From Paraspadella gotoi (Eukaryota; Animalia; Chaetognatha), in the NCBI GenBank assembly GCA_051294375.1, contig CM119267.1, positions 22,321,486 to 22,385,485 on the forward strand: a DNA stretch of 64,000 bases, given 5' to 3'. Position numbers and translations under genes: made by a program. The notes beneath the pieces were generated by a model, which made no database searches, was not told where the DNA came from, and worked only from the letters and a program-made list of their open reading frames with translations. Below are positions 1 to 13,022 of this stretch, piece after piece (the stretch's first letter is position 1; each line of letters opens with the position of its first letter).

Positions 1-59
1 AACAAAAGTGGAGCGAATAAGTTTATTAAAATTTTAGCAGACAAAAACAAATTAATCAC

Positions 60-1687
60 CGTAGCGGAGCAGTAAAAAGGCCGAATCCTCGGCGGCGTTC
101 GCTGCGTCCAGACCCGATCCGGCGACGCAGTCGGGTCATAACAATAAAGGTTGCCCCCGCGAAAGACGAAGAGACAGTTGTCGCAGGCAACGATGCCGTA
201 AAAGGCGTACTGGTTGTCGTCGTGCCACAGGTAGGGCAGGCTGGTCCAAGAGTTATCCAACGGGTCGAACCGATAAAAGACGTGGGAAACGTGTGGTACC
301 TCCATTACTAAGTAGACCATTTTGTTGAGAACGGCCATCTGGTGTCCGAAGGTGCCGGAGGGCGTAGAGGACAGCTGGATCCACCGGTCGTCGTCTACAA
401 CGTAGCCCCAGGTCTGGGCTAGGCCCATGGCCTCCGTGTTCCCGCCCCCAACGAGAAGAATGACGTCCTTGAGGGTGCCCTTGCGAGGGGTGCAAGAGCC
501 GCAGACGGGCCGCTCGACGGCGCTGAAATAACCCGATTCACGGAGGATGCGGTGCTGGACGGCCTCCTCGACACGACGGAGGCAGGCACGGTCGGCCACG
601 ACGAACTCTTGCGGCTTAACGACGTTGATGAGGGATTCGAGTTTAAAGAGGCAGAGACGGAGGAATGAGAAAAGGGCTTTGAAGTGCTCTTGTCTAGAGG
701 ATAAAATGGAGTGCGGAATGGAAAATTTAGTAAAATGTAAAATAATGGATTAACTTGAATCGCCCCCCCATTTTCGTACCTCGCAGAGGCGTCGTGGGCC
801 ACCCAACGGCACACGACGTCGAACATGGTCTCCTCAGTGATCCGCACATACTCGTTGTTGACCCATTCGAGCAGTTCGTTCTTATCGAAGAGCAAAAAGT
901 CTTCGCTCTCGATGACGATTTGCATAAAGTTTCGGCACATAAACTCCTTGGCCTTCCGCTCCACCCGGACCAGGTTGAACTCTTTGGAGAGGAGCCAGAT
1001 TGAGACGCAGGAAAAGGCGGAGATGTTGTCCTCGAGAAAGCCGATGCAGTCTTCCTTGAGGTCGGAGAGGAGCAGGTAGTCGGCGATCTGGTAAATGCCG
1101 CGCAAGTTGCTCGCTGAGATGACGATCTCGCCCGTGTAGAGGAAGGTGAGCACCTCGTCCACCGTCTCGGGCGCGAATCCGCTGGAGAGAGTCACTTCCG
1201 ACTTGGCGTTCTCCGTGAAGCTCTTATTTTCGAAAAGAGTCTTAAAATAGTCGCTCCCCGCGGCCAGGACGCACTTGTGGGCCCAGAGGACGCGGCTGCC
1301 CTCGATCTCGATGGCCATGTCGCAGAGGTGCCGGTCGCGGCGCATGGCGTTGAGACTGGCCAGGGAGCGGGATGTGTGGGAGGAGTCGAGGATACGTTTC
1401 TTGCAGTCCTTGGGTAGCCTGGGATGGATAGATAGAATGAATGAAGAGAAAGTAGTGAGAACTTCGGCCACAACCACTTTGAATTTCACTCACTGAATGG
1501 ACAGCCCGACGAGAGAGGTGGGAGTTGACGGTGGAGGCGGGGGCGTCGCTTCCTGTTCCGTCGTCGGCGCCGAGGATTCGGGCGGCGTCGCTTCCATTCT
1601 TTGTCTTTTTCTCGATACGACGGAACTGGACGAAGACGACGACGCTTTTCTCGACTCTCGACTCCGCTTCCGTGGATTCGAGTCCAT
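60..1687 (-). CDS. Kelch-like (BTB-BACK-Kelch) protein, 5' part; gene continues off the left edge
   Basis: Exons 1687-1494, 1418-780 and 693-60 join in frame with GT-AG sites. BTB (LCDMAIEIEG...AHKCVLAAGSDYFKTLF), BACK (EETMFDVVCRWVAHD) and Kelch-like repeats (ILLVGGG...YVVDDDRWIQL, YRFDPLDNSWTSL, YCYDPT...WTQ). Confidence 0.9.
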
Positions 1688-2386
1688 AAGTGAGCCCTTG
1701 ATGTGGGCGGGGCGAGGTGTCGTCTTTAAAAAGAGTATAAAGACCGAAGAGTGGTCGCGAAGCTTGTGGTCGCTTCGAGGACAATACGACAGAAAAACCG
1801 ATGGGTAGTTTTATCGTTAGCGTTCGAGATGGGGAGGAAGGGGGGGAAAGGGAAGAGGCGACGGGGACTTTTACCCCCCACCAGCGACCCGTTTTCCTCA
1901 GAGCTACAATGTAATAGGTTTTGATATCGTTAATTTTTTAAATGAATCAAAATCAAATACTGAATTATTAAAGAGGGCTCGTATTAAGGGGGGTTGGAGA
2001 CAACGATCAAAAACAACTTTCAAAACTCAATGCAAATTGAACGCGGCTACCGCATGGAATGAACAAATCATCGACGAATTTAGATTATAATTAATATACT
2101 CTCTTGACGTTGTGCAATCAAAATGACCAAATTTGTAAAATACAAATTCAGTAAGAGATAGAACAAGAAACGAAAACGAAAAGCAGTTTTCATATCGAAC
2201 ACAGGGTTTTACGAAAAAAAAAAGTTTAAAATTGAAAATAGAAAATAAAACTTAACGCACACACAATGGAGATTACTCTTTTTGAATATCACAATATCTG
2301 TGATAAAATGATAAACACAAAATAAAAAGCAAAAAAAAAAAAACCCCTGGACGCGTCTGACAAAATAGAGAAAAAAGTCTCGAGGT

Positions 2387-5300
2387 TCAACGCCTCCTGT
2401 CTCTTCCGGAATCTCGATCGCGACTTCCTCCGAATCCGCCTCCCCCGGACATCCGACCGCCGCCGCCGCCGCCGCCGCCGCCTCCGCGGCTGAAACTTCC
2501 CCTTCCACCGCCTCGGCTGAATCCCCGACCACCGCCGCGTCCGCCGCCACGATCGCTCCCGCCGAATTTGTTAAATCCGCCACCACCGCCGTATCCACCT
2601 CCGCCAAATCCGCCACTACCGCCACCGCTGCGACCACCGAATCCACCACCGCGTCCGCCCATCTTTCCACCCCCGGATGATTGGCTGTAGTTAGAGCCGA
2701 AGTTGTTGGAGCCAAAACTGTTGCGACCTCCGCTGTTCATGTTGTTACCAAAGCTGCCGCCGCCGCCACCCATGTTTCGACCACCGCCTCCGCCACTACC
2801 CCAATTTCCTCCTCCGCCTCCTCCTCCTCCTCCTCCCATGTTGTTTCCGCCCCAATTTCCTGGCAAACGAAAACAAATATCAAAATCTCTTTGTTATAAG
2901 TAATCGATTGACATCCATTGTCTTACCATTTCCCATGTTTCCACCATATCCACCACCACCACCACCGAAATTACCACCTCCACCCATGTTTCCGCCAAAG
3001 TTTCCACCACCCATGTTACCACCATAGCCTCCTCCGCCCATGTTGCTTCCCATCATGTTGTTGCCCCAGTTCCCTCCTCCGTTGCCCATGCCGTCGTTCC
3101 ATCCTGGAATACGGAGAAAATGGCGCTCATAAGAAAACGGGCGAAAAAGTTAAGTTATAAAACATTTATAAAACACGCACCGCCACCCATATTTCCGCCG
3201 TAGCCGCCCCCGCCGCCGCCGCCTCCAAAGTTCCCACCGCCAAATCCGCCACCCATATTGCCTTGGTTCCCGAATCCTCCGCCTCCGCCGCCTCCCATGA
3301 AGCTTCCACCGTCGCCGCGGTTGCGCGATCCGAAGTCTCTTCGCCCACCGCTGCTCATGTTTCTTCCGCCTCCGCTGTCGCGACGATCGTTCCCGCTAAA
3401 GTTGCGGCGATCGCCGCCGCCGCCGCCGCCGCGGAAGTTGTCGCGTCCGCCGTCACGACCGCCGCGACCGCCTCGCCCGCCGCCCCCAAAGGAGGGACTC
3501 GACTCTCGAGGTACAGCTAGGTTGAAACAAAAAATACAAGTGCAAATAGCTGTGAAAACATTTTTTACTACTTCCATTATTACAATGTATACCTTTTTTG
3601 CAGCTAATGTCTACCCCGTTGATCGTGTGGCGTTTCTGCAGCAAAACCTTGTCAACCGGATCGTAATCATCGAACTCCACGAAGGCAAAGCTGAAGTAAG
3701 GTAAGAAAAAAAAAACCCGAAATCGATTATATGGATATAAATCAAAACGGTTGCGAAGTAAATGAAAAAAAGCAAAGAAAAGTAATTCAAACGCTGAAAT
3801 AAAAAAATCCTTAAAACATGATGACCCTCAAAATCGAGAATGAAATTATAAATTCATACAATAAGAATATTAAGATAAAGATATCTTGCCCCTAACTTTT
3901 TACGGGTCATGGTGGGTTAAGGCTTCCTTCCTCTCTAAAGATAATTACATAACAAGAACCTGCAAGACATTATAAATTAAAATTATAAAATATTTAAATA
4001 AGCAAAAAGTAAAGTGGGATCAAGAGAAAAAAAAAAGAAATGCTTAACTGAATTTTATGGTATATCTAAAAAATAGTTATCATAAAAAAGCTTAATTTTA
4101 TAGCAAATTCTTAAACTCACTGAGATTGACCAACGACGACAGCATTTAAGCGAAAGGCCGTCAAATTTATGCACGACAGGTCATCATTAAGGATAAAAAT
4201 TAATTTAGATTGTAGTTCAATATATCAAAAATGTTGAAAGAGGCACTGAATATGAAAGAGTAAAACATCCTTTATTTCTTTGGTTTCTGTAATCGAAATA
4301 ATACTAGTATTTAATCTTTACAACATTATTCTTATATGGCGGTTTTCTTGAGGATTCTCGGTTTGAAATAGATTTTAAGGATGAGATGCGAATTAAATTC
4401 AAGGTTATATGTTTGTAGTAATATGTTCATTTCCGTTGAGTTGATCACGTCTGTATTTCCTTTTTTAAAACACAGTATCCAGCTCGTTTTCTGGGTTTAG
4501 TTCGACTTTTTCAAGGATTTGGTTTTTTCCTGGAACCCATTTAAAACAGGTGGCGTCGCAGAAGTGAATTTGTCATAGTTTGATTTTAGACGTTTTGTTG
4601 TTGTCCGGCGACCTGTCCTCTCCAATCTGTCATCAACTTTGACCTCCTTCCTCTCCCCTGGATTTCCATCGCTTTTGCCAAAGACATATGCTCCGCTTAA
4701 TTTTTTTTCCCCCGTTTGTCGAATTTTATGATGACGAAATTGAGTTTTAAGCCTCAAGCATTATCGCAGCAGTCATTAAGGCGCTTTAAATTCAGGGTCG
4801 GATACGAAATTTTATTTGTCCTGAGAGTATATTTAAGTACCGAGAAGAGCGTTTATGGTAGAGATCCTCGAGGAAAATTCGCAAAACTTAAATTCGGATT
4901 TATATACTGACATAAAACTTTTTTTGACTCGATTACTGGGGTGAAAAATGTAAATGTCTGCCTCGACTCTGGGTCGTGACTCTTACCCTCTGGGCCTTCC
5001 GTCTTTCTCCATTATGACTGCGTCTTTAATTCTACCAAATTTGCCAAAGTAGTCTTCCAGATCATCCGTTGTCAAGTCTTTATCTCTCAGACCTCCGATG
5101 AATAGCTTTCTCACCTGGGATTCGCAAAAAGGTTCAAAGAAAATTGCGTGAATTGGGTTTTGTCAAAGGGAACAGTTTTAAAATGAATCGTCCTAGGCTA
5201 AGAAAAAAAAGTGAGATTAACGGGCAGCCTGAACGGGCGACTTGCCCTTTTTCATTCTTTTCGCCACTTTTTCGGAACCTCCCCTCTAGCTCTCGCGTTG

Positions 5301-6051
5301 CAAGCTTTAATCGACTTATAATTAAATCTTTAAAATAACCGGGAATTTTTACAAACTTGATCGGTACTTAGTTCCTTTTTACTCGAGGGCGACCTTTCGA
5401 TTGGGTTTTAATAATTTCGGTTCTTCGTATCCGACGAGTCTGGCACTCTTGCGCTCTGACTGCTCTCAGCCAACCTCCTGCATTTTCCTGTCCACTCTTT
5501 TCAAATCTCGTCGTCCAGCGTTGCTCGATGGGAACAAAAAGATTAGGAAAAGCCTTACCTCCATGTGCGCCTGTGGATCGTTGGCGTTCTCTTTAGGGAC
5601 GGCGCGTCTGGGCTTGAGTTCCCGACCGTCTATCTCGTGGGGACGGTCCTCCATGGCGGAATCCACCATCGAGGCTTTCAAGTATGTCACGAAGCCGAAG
5701 CCTCGGGGCCTGTTGAATTTTTATGAAGTTGAGGAAATCATTAAAGAAGGATGAGCGTTAAGAATCGTTAAAATTTGATCTTTTTTAATGATTACAAAGG
5801 GTAAACAACACTTTCTCCACTCACAGTCCGTCCCGATCTTTCATAACGATGCAATCGACGACTTCGCCCCATTGCTCGTAAAAGTTGCGCAAGGCCTCGT
5901 CGTCCGTCTTGAAGCTGAGGCCGCCGCAGAAGATTTTGCGATTGATCTCTGGTTCGAGCGAGTCCTCGCGCGAAGAGGTTCGACGCCGGTCGCGGGTTCG
6001 GCTGCGACTTCGGCTGAGGCTCCTGGACCGGCTGCGTCGACGATCGGGCAT
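2387..6051 (-). CDS. hnRNP A/B (A1/A2B1-like) RNA-binding protein with two RRMs and a Gly-rich prion-like tail
   Basis: Seven exons: 6051-5825, 5709-5559, 5114-4987, 3690-3593, 3516-3181, 3103-2927, 2859-2387. RRM1 KIFCGGL...RGFGFV, RRM2 KLFIGGL...[16 protein letters not shown], linker PRRAVPKE, then [10 protein letters not shown] low-complexity tail. Confidence 0.92.
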
Positions 6052-6298
6052 CTCGGGGTCGAAGGGGAATCGGTCGAGAAGAAATCGCGATACCAAGTGA
6101 AATGATTTTAAAAGTGAAAAAAAAAGTTCTAGGTTCGTCCGCTTATTCGGCAAGGATTGACAGCGACAGCGACAACTCGAGAAAAAAGAATTTAAACTTT
6201 ATCAAAAAATAAAAACAAACCAATCAAAATATGATCAGAGTAAAGAGGCCAACTTAAAAAGATTGATCGTTCCAAGAACATCAACTACCCAAACCCTT

Positions 6299-9200
6299 CT
6301 AAGTACACTTGCCACAACAACCCTCTTTTTCTCCACAAAACTCTCCCGCCTCCTTCGTTTTCCCCCTCGCCGGTTTCATCCCCGACTCAGTCCCCGACTC
6401 AGTCCCCGCCCCCTTCCTTCCCGCCTTGCCCCGAGTCGGTCGGTTGGCCTCGTTGTTAACCGTCCACGACCCCAAACTATCGTTGGCGTAAAAGTCCATG
6501 GGATAAGTCTCGCGCCAATCGATGGAGTCCAGAGCGACGCTGGCCTCGTACGGCGATAGGAGGGGCTTGTCGAAGGCGGCGCCCCAATCGATGCTGAGGC
6601 GTGGACAGGCGATCTGGATCCAGGCCTCGATCTTATCGCCAAACAGGCGAAGTTTGTCGGGGAAAATTTCGGAGAGGAGTACGACGGTGTAGGCGCGACC
6701 TGTTTCGACCAGGCGGAGCTTGAGTTTCTCTAGGACTTTCGGAGAGCCTTGACGGCCCAAAGTGCCCAGGATGAGGCCGAAGTGCTTGGCATCGCGGGCG
6801 CGAGAGATGGCCGAGAGTCGAGCAGCACGCATAGAATCGTGGTCGTAGTGTTCACGGGAGAAAACTTTGGTGTAAGGATCGTATCTGAGACGTTTAACAA
6901 TTATGTAAAAAAAAATAAATAAATTCGATATAATGATAATTTTATTTCATATCAATAATGATACAGTAGCATACATCAGCAACAAAATAAACCAAACAAC
7001 TAAGCTACGAGATCATTTCTATATTTTCATAGAAATAAGACAAAACTTTATTTTTCGTCAAAATTAATCGTTTAATAGAAAGTAATAGTAATAAATATAT
7101 GTATATATTTTTAAATAACTGCAAGAAAATTAACGGTCTTAACCAAAACTACACCATAAAAATCATGAAATCTAGAGGAGGATTTAGCCTGCCGTCCAAT
7201 TCTCCTCTTCCTCTTATTTCCTCCTCCTCCTGTCCCTCAGTATATTTTGTCTAGCGATACATTCTCTCGTTTCTACTCTTCGCGAAATATACCATTATTT
7301 TCCCTCCATTTCTTCACGCCTTCAATACCCCTCAAGCTTACAAATAATAATCCCTTCACACAATCACCTGTAGGCTGGAACGGAGGGATTGGCGATCATG
7401 ATGGATTCGAGGTGAAATCTTCCGTCGCCGAGATAAATCAGAGCGTCAACGTCTTTCGTCAGCGTCGGCGAAGTGCAGCCCAGGATTTCCCCGGGAGAGA
7501 GAGGCCTCGCCTGATGAATAGGGAGAAGTAAAAACAAGTCTCTGATACGTGATGTCAGCATCTTATCACCTGAGGAACGGTTACTTTGTAACCCTCTTCT
7601 GTCAATTCCCTCGACGAACTCTGTAGCGCTGCGACGAACTGAATGGTGCTGACAAGCACAAGATGTGGTTTCTGAAAGAAAAAAAATAATAAAAAATTAC
7701 CCCCACAAAAAACAAAACATGAACTCCGCAGGTTTTTTGTCAGTAACTATTTCCACACTTCCTTTTTTAAACCTAAAAACCCAAGGCCAATGTTAAACTT
7801 TTGCGCGATGATACATTAAGCGGCGCGAATCAAAACAAAAGCAAAGACAGCGCCGGAACTTTTCACTTTTAGCGTTCATCACCTCTCTACCCGAACATCC
7901 CTCAAAAATGAAAGGATACGCATTCGCGATCTTCCTCGTTCTCGGGAACGGATTCGCGTCAATCGCTGACGCCGAAAAAGAAATCCGCGATCAAGGGTCT
8001 CGTCAAGACTGGGGCTGGCAGTCTAATGCGCGCGCTCCCCCTAATCATGGTCTAACTACGTCTCCTCCCTCCGAGGTACTTCCAACGCGCGCACCATTTC
8101 TTTCGTCTCCGGGATACCCGAACCGTGGCGACGTGGCACCAACGTCATTTCCCAATCGAAAAATCGATGAGGCCCGCGCAAAAGATAAAGCTGTCCACGA
8201 CGCAAAATTGCCGCCGCAGGACCGCGCCGTCGACGCTTCCAAAGCCGGCGTACGTCCAGAGACGGCTGCGACAAAAATGCCGCCTCCGCCGCCGGTCAAG
8301 AACGTAACCGTAGTCAATTTGCCCGTCAAACCGAACGCGAGCAAGGCGCCGCCGGGACCGGCCAAACCCGGAGGCGTCAGGCCAGGGATCGTGTCCGCGC
8401 AAAAAAAGACGACGGGACTGAGATGGTGGGAAATTGTTCTTATCGCCCTCGCCTGCCTCGTCGGTTTGACGTTCGCCTGCATCTGTTGTTGCGCCCTGTT
8501 GGAGTCGAGCGAGATGCAGCGCCAGGAGCTGCGGACCCCGGACGGGGAGAGAATTGGTTTCATGCAGGCACCGGGTAAGGAAATTTCAAGATTCAGACTA
8601 ACATCACGATTTTTAAGAATAAAACGACTCTAACCTCAATGTATAACAGAGGGATATATCTGTATAAGAATGAACTGCGACTTTCAAACATTCGGCTGCC
8701 CCTACAGGGCGCCACATCATTCTCATCGTGGACGGCGGGATCAATCGCATCCGGCGCGGGGGAACTCCGCAGGCGGCTTCAACTACTTCCCCTCGCGCGG
8801 CGCCGGCCCAAGAGGGCGCGGCGCCGCATGCACCTAACGTGCAGCCAATTTACCCAAAGGTGTAGACAAAGGAATCAAAGCGTCGAGAAGAGAAGAATCG
8901 TTCATATCTTGTTGTTCGGTGGTACAAGCGTTGTTCATTGATAGAGATAAACAAAATAAATATATTGTTTCGTTGTTAAAATTATATTCAGTGTCTTTGA
9001 ATAAGAGTGAATTGGGTTAAAGAGGTGCAACGTGTCTCATTAAATAAGAAAACTTTTAAATTTAAGTGCGAGGCCGTAAAATTAAATAGCTATGCCTATA
9101 GTAAGAAACCAGATTCTTTGAAAAAACGCAAATCAGCGGCATCATTTTGGATTTTGAACACGAATTTTGCCGTGATAAAGTATCTCATAATGATTTTAAC

Positions 9201-10227
9201 CCGAATCTCACCAGTCATCATCCCATATCACCATATCCCGTTCACATCTAATCATATACTGTTCTCATTTTACTGTATCTTATGAAGCAGAATAACTTGT
9301 GGTTCATTTCAAATGAGATAGAGTTATTCAGTCTCATTTACATATTGTAGCAGTTTAGATTATTTCACATATCTTTTGATACGGTTTTCATAGCTTCATA
9401 GATTTTAGCAATACTTTTAATAGGTTGTAATGATAATTTAGTTTTCCAATGAATATTACCTTCCCCCTTTCCCAAATCATCTTTTATCGTTCCCATACAT
9501 GACTCTTTCCAATCGCAACTTATTTCCTGTCCCTATTTCATCGTAACCCATTCCAATTTCCGAATCTACTTATTATTAAATCACCTTCTCCTCGGCCGCA
9601 TTTGTGATTGGAAAATTAAACTTCAATGTCTCTACAAAATGATGGAGGTCAATCTGAATATCGACAAAGACGTAAAGCATCTTGATTCCCGACTCCATGG
9701 CGTCCACAGGGATCAGGCACGAGTGTCCGTAGTGGACGAGCAGGTCGGCGCCCAATGCTTTTGCCGTCAAATCGTCCACGCAGCAGGCACCGTAAGTGAC
9801 GTCACCCATAACCAAGGTGGCACAGTCGGCAAATCGTTCAAGAATGTCGGCAATAGTCGTGGCGAAAATGAGGAGGCCCTCAGGAAATTGGAGGGCGACG
9901 GTTTGGGCGCGAAGAGTGCGGATTCGCCAGACCGTTTTAGGGATTTCAAAATTATAGTTGGCGGGAAGGTGAGAGACAGCGTCGCGGAGAGCGGGGTCAT
10001 TAAGGATGTCGTCGGGAACGCGATTGGCGACAGAGGCTTTGCCTGTTCCAAATTTGGGTTTATAAACGAATAATCAAAGAAAATAAAAACGGGAAAAGTT
10101 CAACCGTCTCACCCGTTATCACTTTTCTTGACTTCGTGGCTTTAACCATAATGGGTCCCGAGGTTTCCGGCAAAGCTTCTGCTGCAGCCGGTAACTTTTC
10201 CAACGACCCATCGCCCGTTGTCGCCAT
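6299..10227 (-). CDS. DPH1: Diphthamide biosynthesis protein 1
   Basis: Exons 10227-10113, 10042-9585, 7671-7570, 7510-7368, 6884-6299. Motifs [97 protein letters not shown]. Confidence 0.97.
7908..8865 (+). CDS. Orphan type I membrane protein (about 274 aa), nested antisense in DPH1 intron 2
   Basis: Exons 7908-8574 (G|GTAAGG) and 8708-8865 (CTACAG|) join in phase 1. Signal peptide [13 protein letters not shown], Pro/Ala-rich ectodomain, [20 protein letters not shown], Cys cluster CICCC, tail ending QPIYPKV; AATAAA about 90 nt after the stop. Confidence 0.8.
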
Positions 10228-11568
10228 TTTCAGTTCCTATTCATGCATTAGTTCTTGGACTGAGTCATCCCGACGAAAAGATTTATATTTTTTTATCAAC
10301 TGCCATGGGGGAAAAAATTCATCACTCGAAATACTTTTGAGCACGTCTGAGCAAGAGAGGTAGCACGAACGCAAAAGTTCAGCTGACACCGAAAACACAT
10401 TAGACGAAAGTTTATAAAACAAAATCAAAATGGAAGTATTAACGCGAGAACTATTTTTGTACTGAGGGCGAGGAAGAAATGGACTAGGCAACAAAAAATT
10501 GCCAACCATTGATTAAAAAAAAAAAGAAATAATAAAAACAAAACCATGTTCGATAAAAGGGAGATCATAATTGACGAAGGTACGCAACTTAGCTAAATAA
10601 ATAAAAATCGTTTCTAGAACGCTGATTAAGCGACAGAAAAGACAATCTCATAAAACGCTTCACGATTTGCATACTAATCACGAAAAGCGAAATAAAATAA
10701 ATCAACGCAGAAAACGTTAACTAAAGCCAACTCATAGCATCACGAAAAACGCTTTCTAAAATTAAAAACACTACGACTCTTTTATGGCTCAGTATTGGCT
10801 ATTTATGAGTAAAAACCTAAGCGTTAAATAGTTTTTTAATGATAACTTTTATATATATATATCGATTAAATTTGGCGTGTATATGGATTACAATGAGTAA
10901 TATCAAGTATTCGGTTCACGTGTCATACACCGCCGCCTGTGACTCTCACTGATTCGCAGTCCGGAAGAGAAAAAAAAAACTGGATAAAAAGCTAGTGACA
11001 AGTCCGCCACAGGGGGGGGCGCTACAACACGAGTTAAAACGTGAGAAAAGAAGCTCGTTTTGTGTAATCAAATTCTACATGGCAAATATAACAGCAGTGA
11101 GTAACATGGGATTTAAAATTTTTCCAACAAAACCGTCTCGTGTATCACTTAATAAACTAAACAATCGCAAAAAATTGACCTAAATTCGCCCGAACGTTCA
11201 GAATGCATTATCTGCTATAAGATACGGGAGAAAAGGACAGCAAGCAACCGGCTCTCAAACAAGCAAATTGGTGCTACGAAACCAAGATTCGTGATAAAAT
11301 TTGGAAAAGCTTTCGCTTCATCACAATCAATACTGATATATTACGTTGTGCTATATTTTGTTATTTCCGCACGAGGCTAAAAACCCCAGTGTATAAATAT
11401 ATATTTTAGTTGACTAGCCTTTTTATTCTATTATATTTTCATAATTACGAGCGCAAATAAAAACACTAGATAAAAACAGACTGGAGTTTAATAAGTAAAA
11501 TAGCTGATTAACCTCGCTCTTGGTCTACAACAAATACTGGCGGATACTCCCAGTCTGAAGCCAACCAA

Positions 11569-12799
11569 TCATTGATCCTTGGCGCTCTCCGAGACGGGAG
11601 TGGCGGGAACTCTGGCGCCAGGCTCGCGCTTTATCAAGTAGGAAGTGTAGAAGAAGTGAGCGAAGAGAAAGAAGTAAGAGAAATACATGCAGGCGCAATA
11701 TTGCAAGTTGTCCCACGTTTGCTGACAAAACTCTCCGCGAACTTTGATCTGGGCGAAAGAAAACAAATCAGGTCCCTCATCATGTCTCAAACGAAAGGCG
11801 AAAATTAGGATTGGTACCTTGTACGCGTATACGTTTATGCCGCAACCGATGATCATCTGCAAAAGTTGCAGGGCCGTGATAGAAATCATCATGAACTTGG
11901 GAACCCGGAATTTCAAGGCACGGAACGCGTAGTACGTATACATAAGCGCGTGCACAGTGTAGTTCATAACCTAGGATATTGCGATATTGCGACAATGAGA
12001 AGAGTGACCTCGACTATTCGTATTTTGACATTTTGACATTACCATAAACCAGCGTCCGGGAGCCGTATGACCGGCGTAGGAGTACCAGACGTAGAGGAAA
12101 ACGGTGAGATGGTGATACCAGTGAAGAAAGATCAGCTGCTGTTTTCGCAGAACGATGAATAGGGTATCGCCAAGCTCCGGAAGTTTACTGAGAGGATTGG
12201 GGAGAAATAAAACATTTTTTTATTCCAAACTGAAATTAAAGAGTCACCGCCTACCTGATGACGAACATGTAAGCCCAAAATCCCGTGACTCCGTCGTAAA
12301 AGGAGGGAATGCAAACGGACTGGTAGAAACCCTGGTTAACGATCACGTAAAGAAATTCGGGCCAGGTTCGTAGGGCACCCATGATGCTGGAGGTGGGAAG
12401 CAATTAAATAAGAAGAATGTAATGATTGTTAGAAATTTCCTCGATAATTTTTCTTCCTCCAACCTAAAAGCGGCCAACATAAAGTTCCAGGCGGACAAAA
12501 TAGGCCTCAGCTCGAGACGGGGTCGGTCCTTCATGTATCGCCGGCCGCCGAAAACGACGACCAAATAAATGGCGGAATAAGTAAAGCTCAACTTCCAGTT
12601 GGACGCCATCCATAGCGTCGCCTCCTGCAAACGCAAATAGTTTTATTAAGAACTTAAAAATGAAAGAAAATAGAATTGACAATCATCTTCAGCAACTCGC
12701 CTGCTTATCGAAATTCTTCTCAAACTCAAAGATGACCGAGTAATTGTATCCACTCTCGGGGTTCGCATTCACGATTTCCGTCGCGATTACTTTATCCAT
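11569..12799 (-). CDS. ELOVL6: Very-long-chain fatty acid elongase 6-like
   Basis: N-terminal [40 protein letters not shown] (HxxHH), [37 protein letters not shown]. First intron 12700-12625 is GC-AG. Confidence 0.93.
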
Positions 12800-13022
12800 T
12801 ATTAACAAAATTGTTTTTTTAAAAAAAATTTGTTTTTATTAATAAAAAAATTGTTGCCTAGAATTTGACTGAAAAATAAATTGTAAAAAATAAGGCAACG
12901 TTGTCTGGTAGCACACAAACTTAGAATAAAAAGTACGATGTATCACAAAGGACAAAAGGCGTCAAGGTAACATAACAATTTTTTCGTCCAAATTCAGAGT
13001 TAACAATCAAATCGGTCGCGCT

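Noticed and set aside
4110-4195. C/D snoRNA in the hnRNP intron (ATGATGA with a short terminal stem)
   Set aside because: The D-box position reads GTGA within a GTGAGT donor consensus; interpreted as the candidate poison exon instead.
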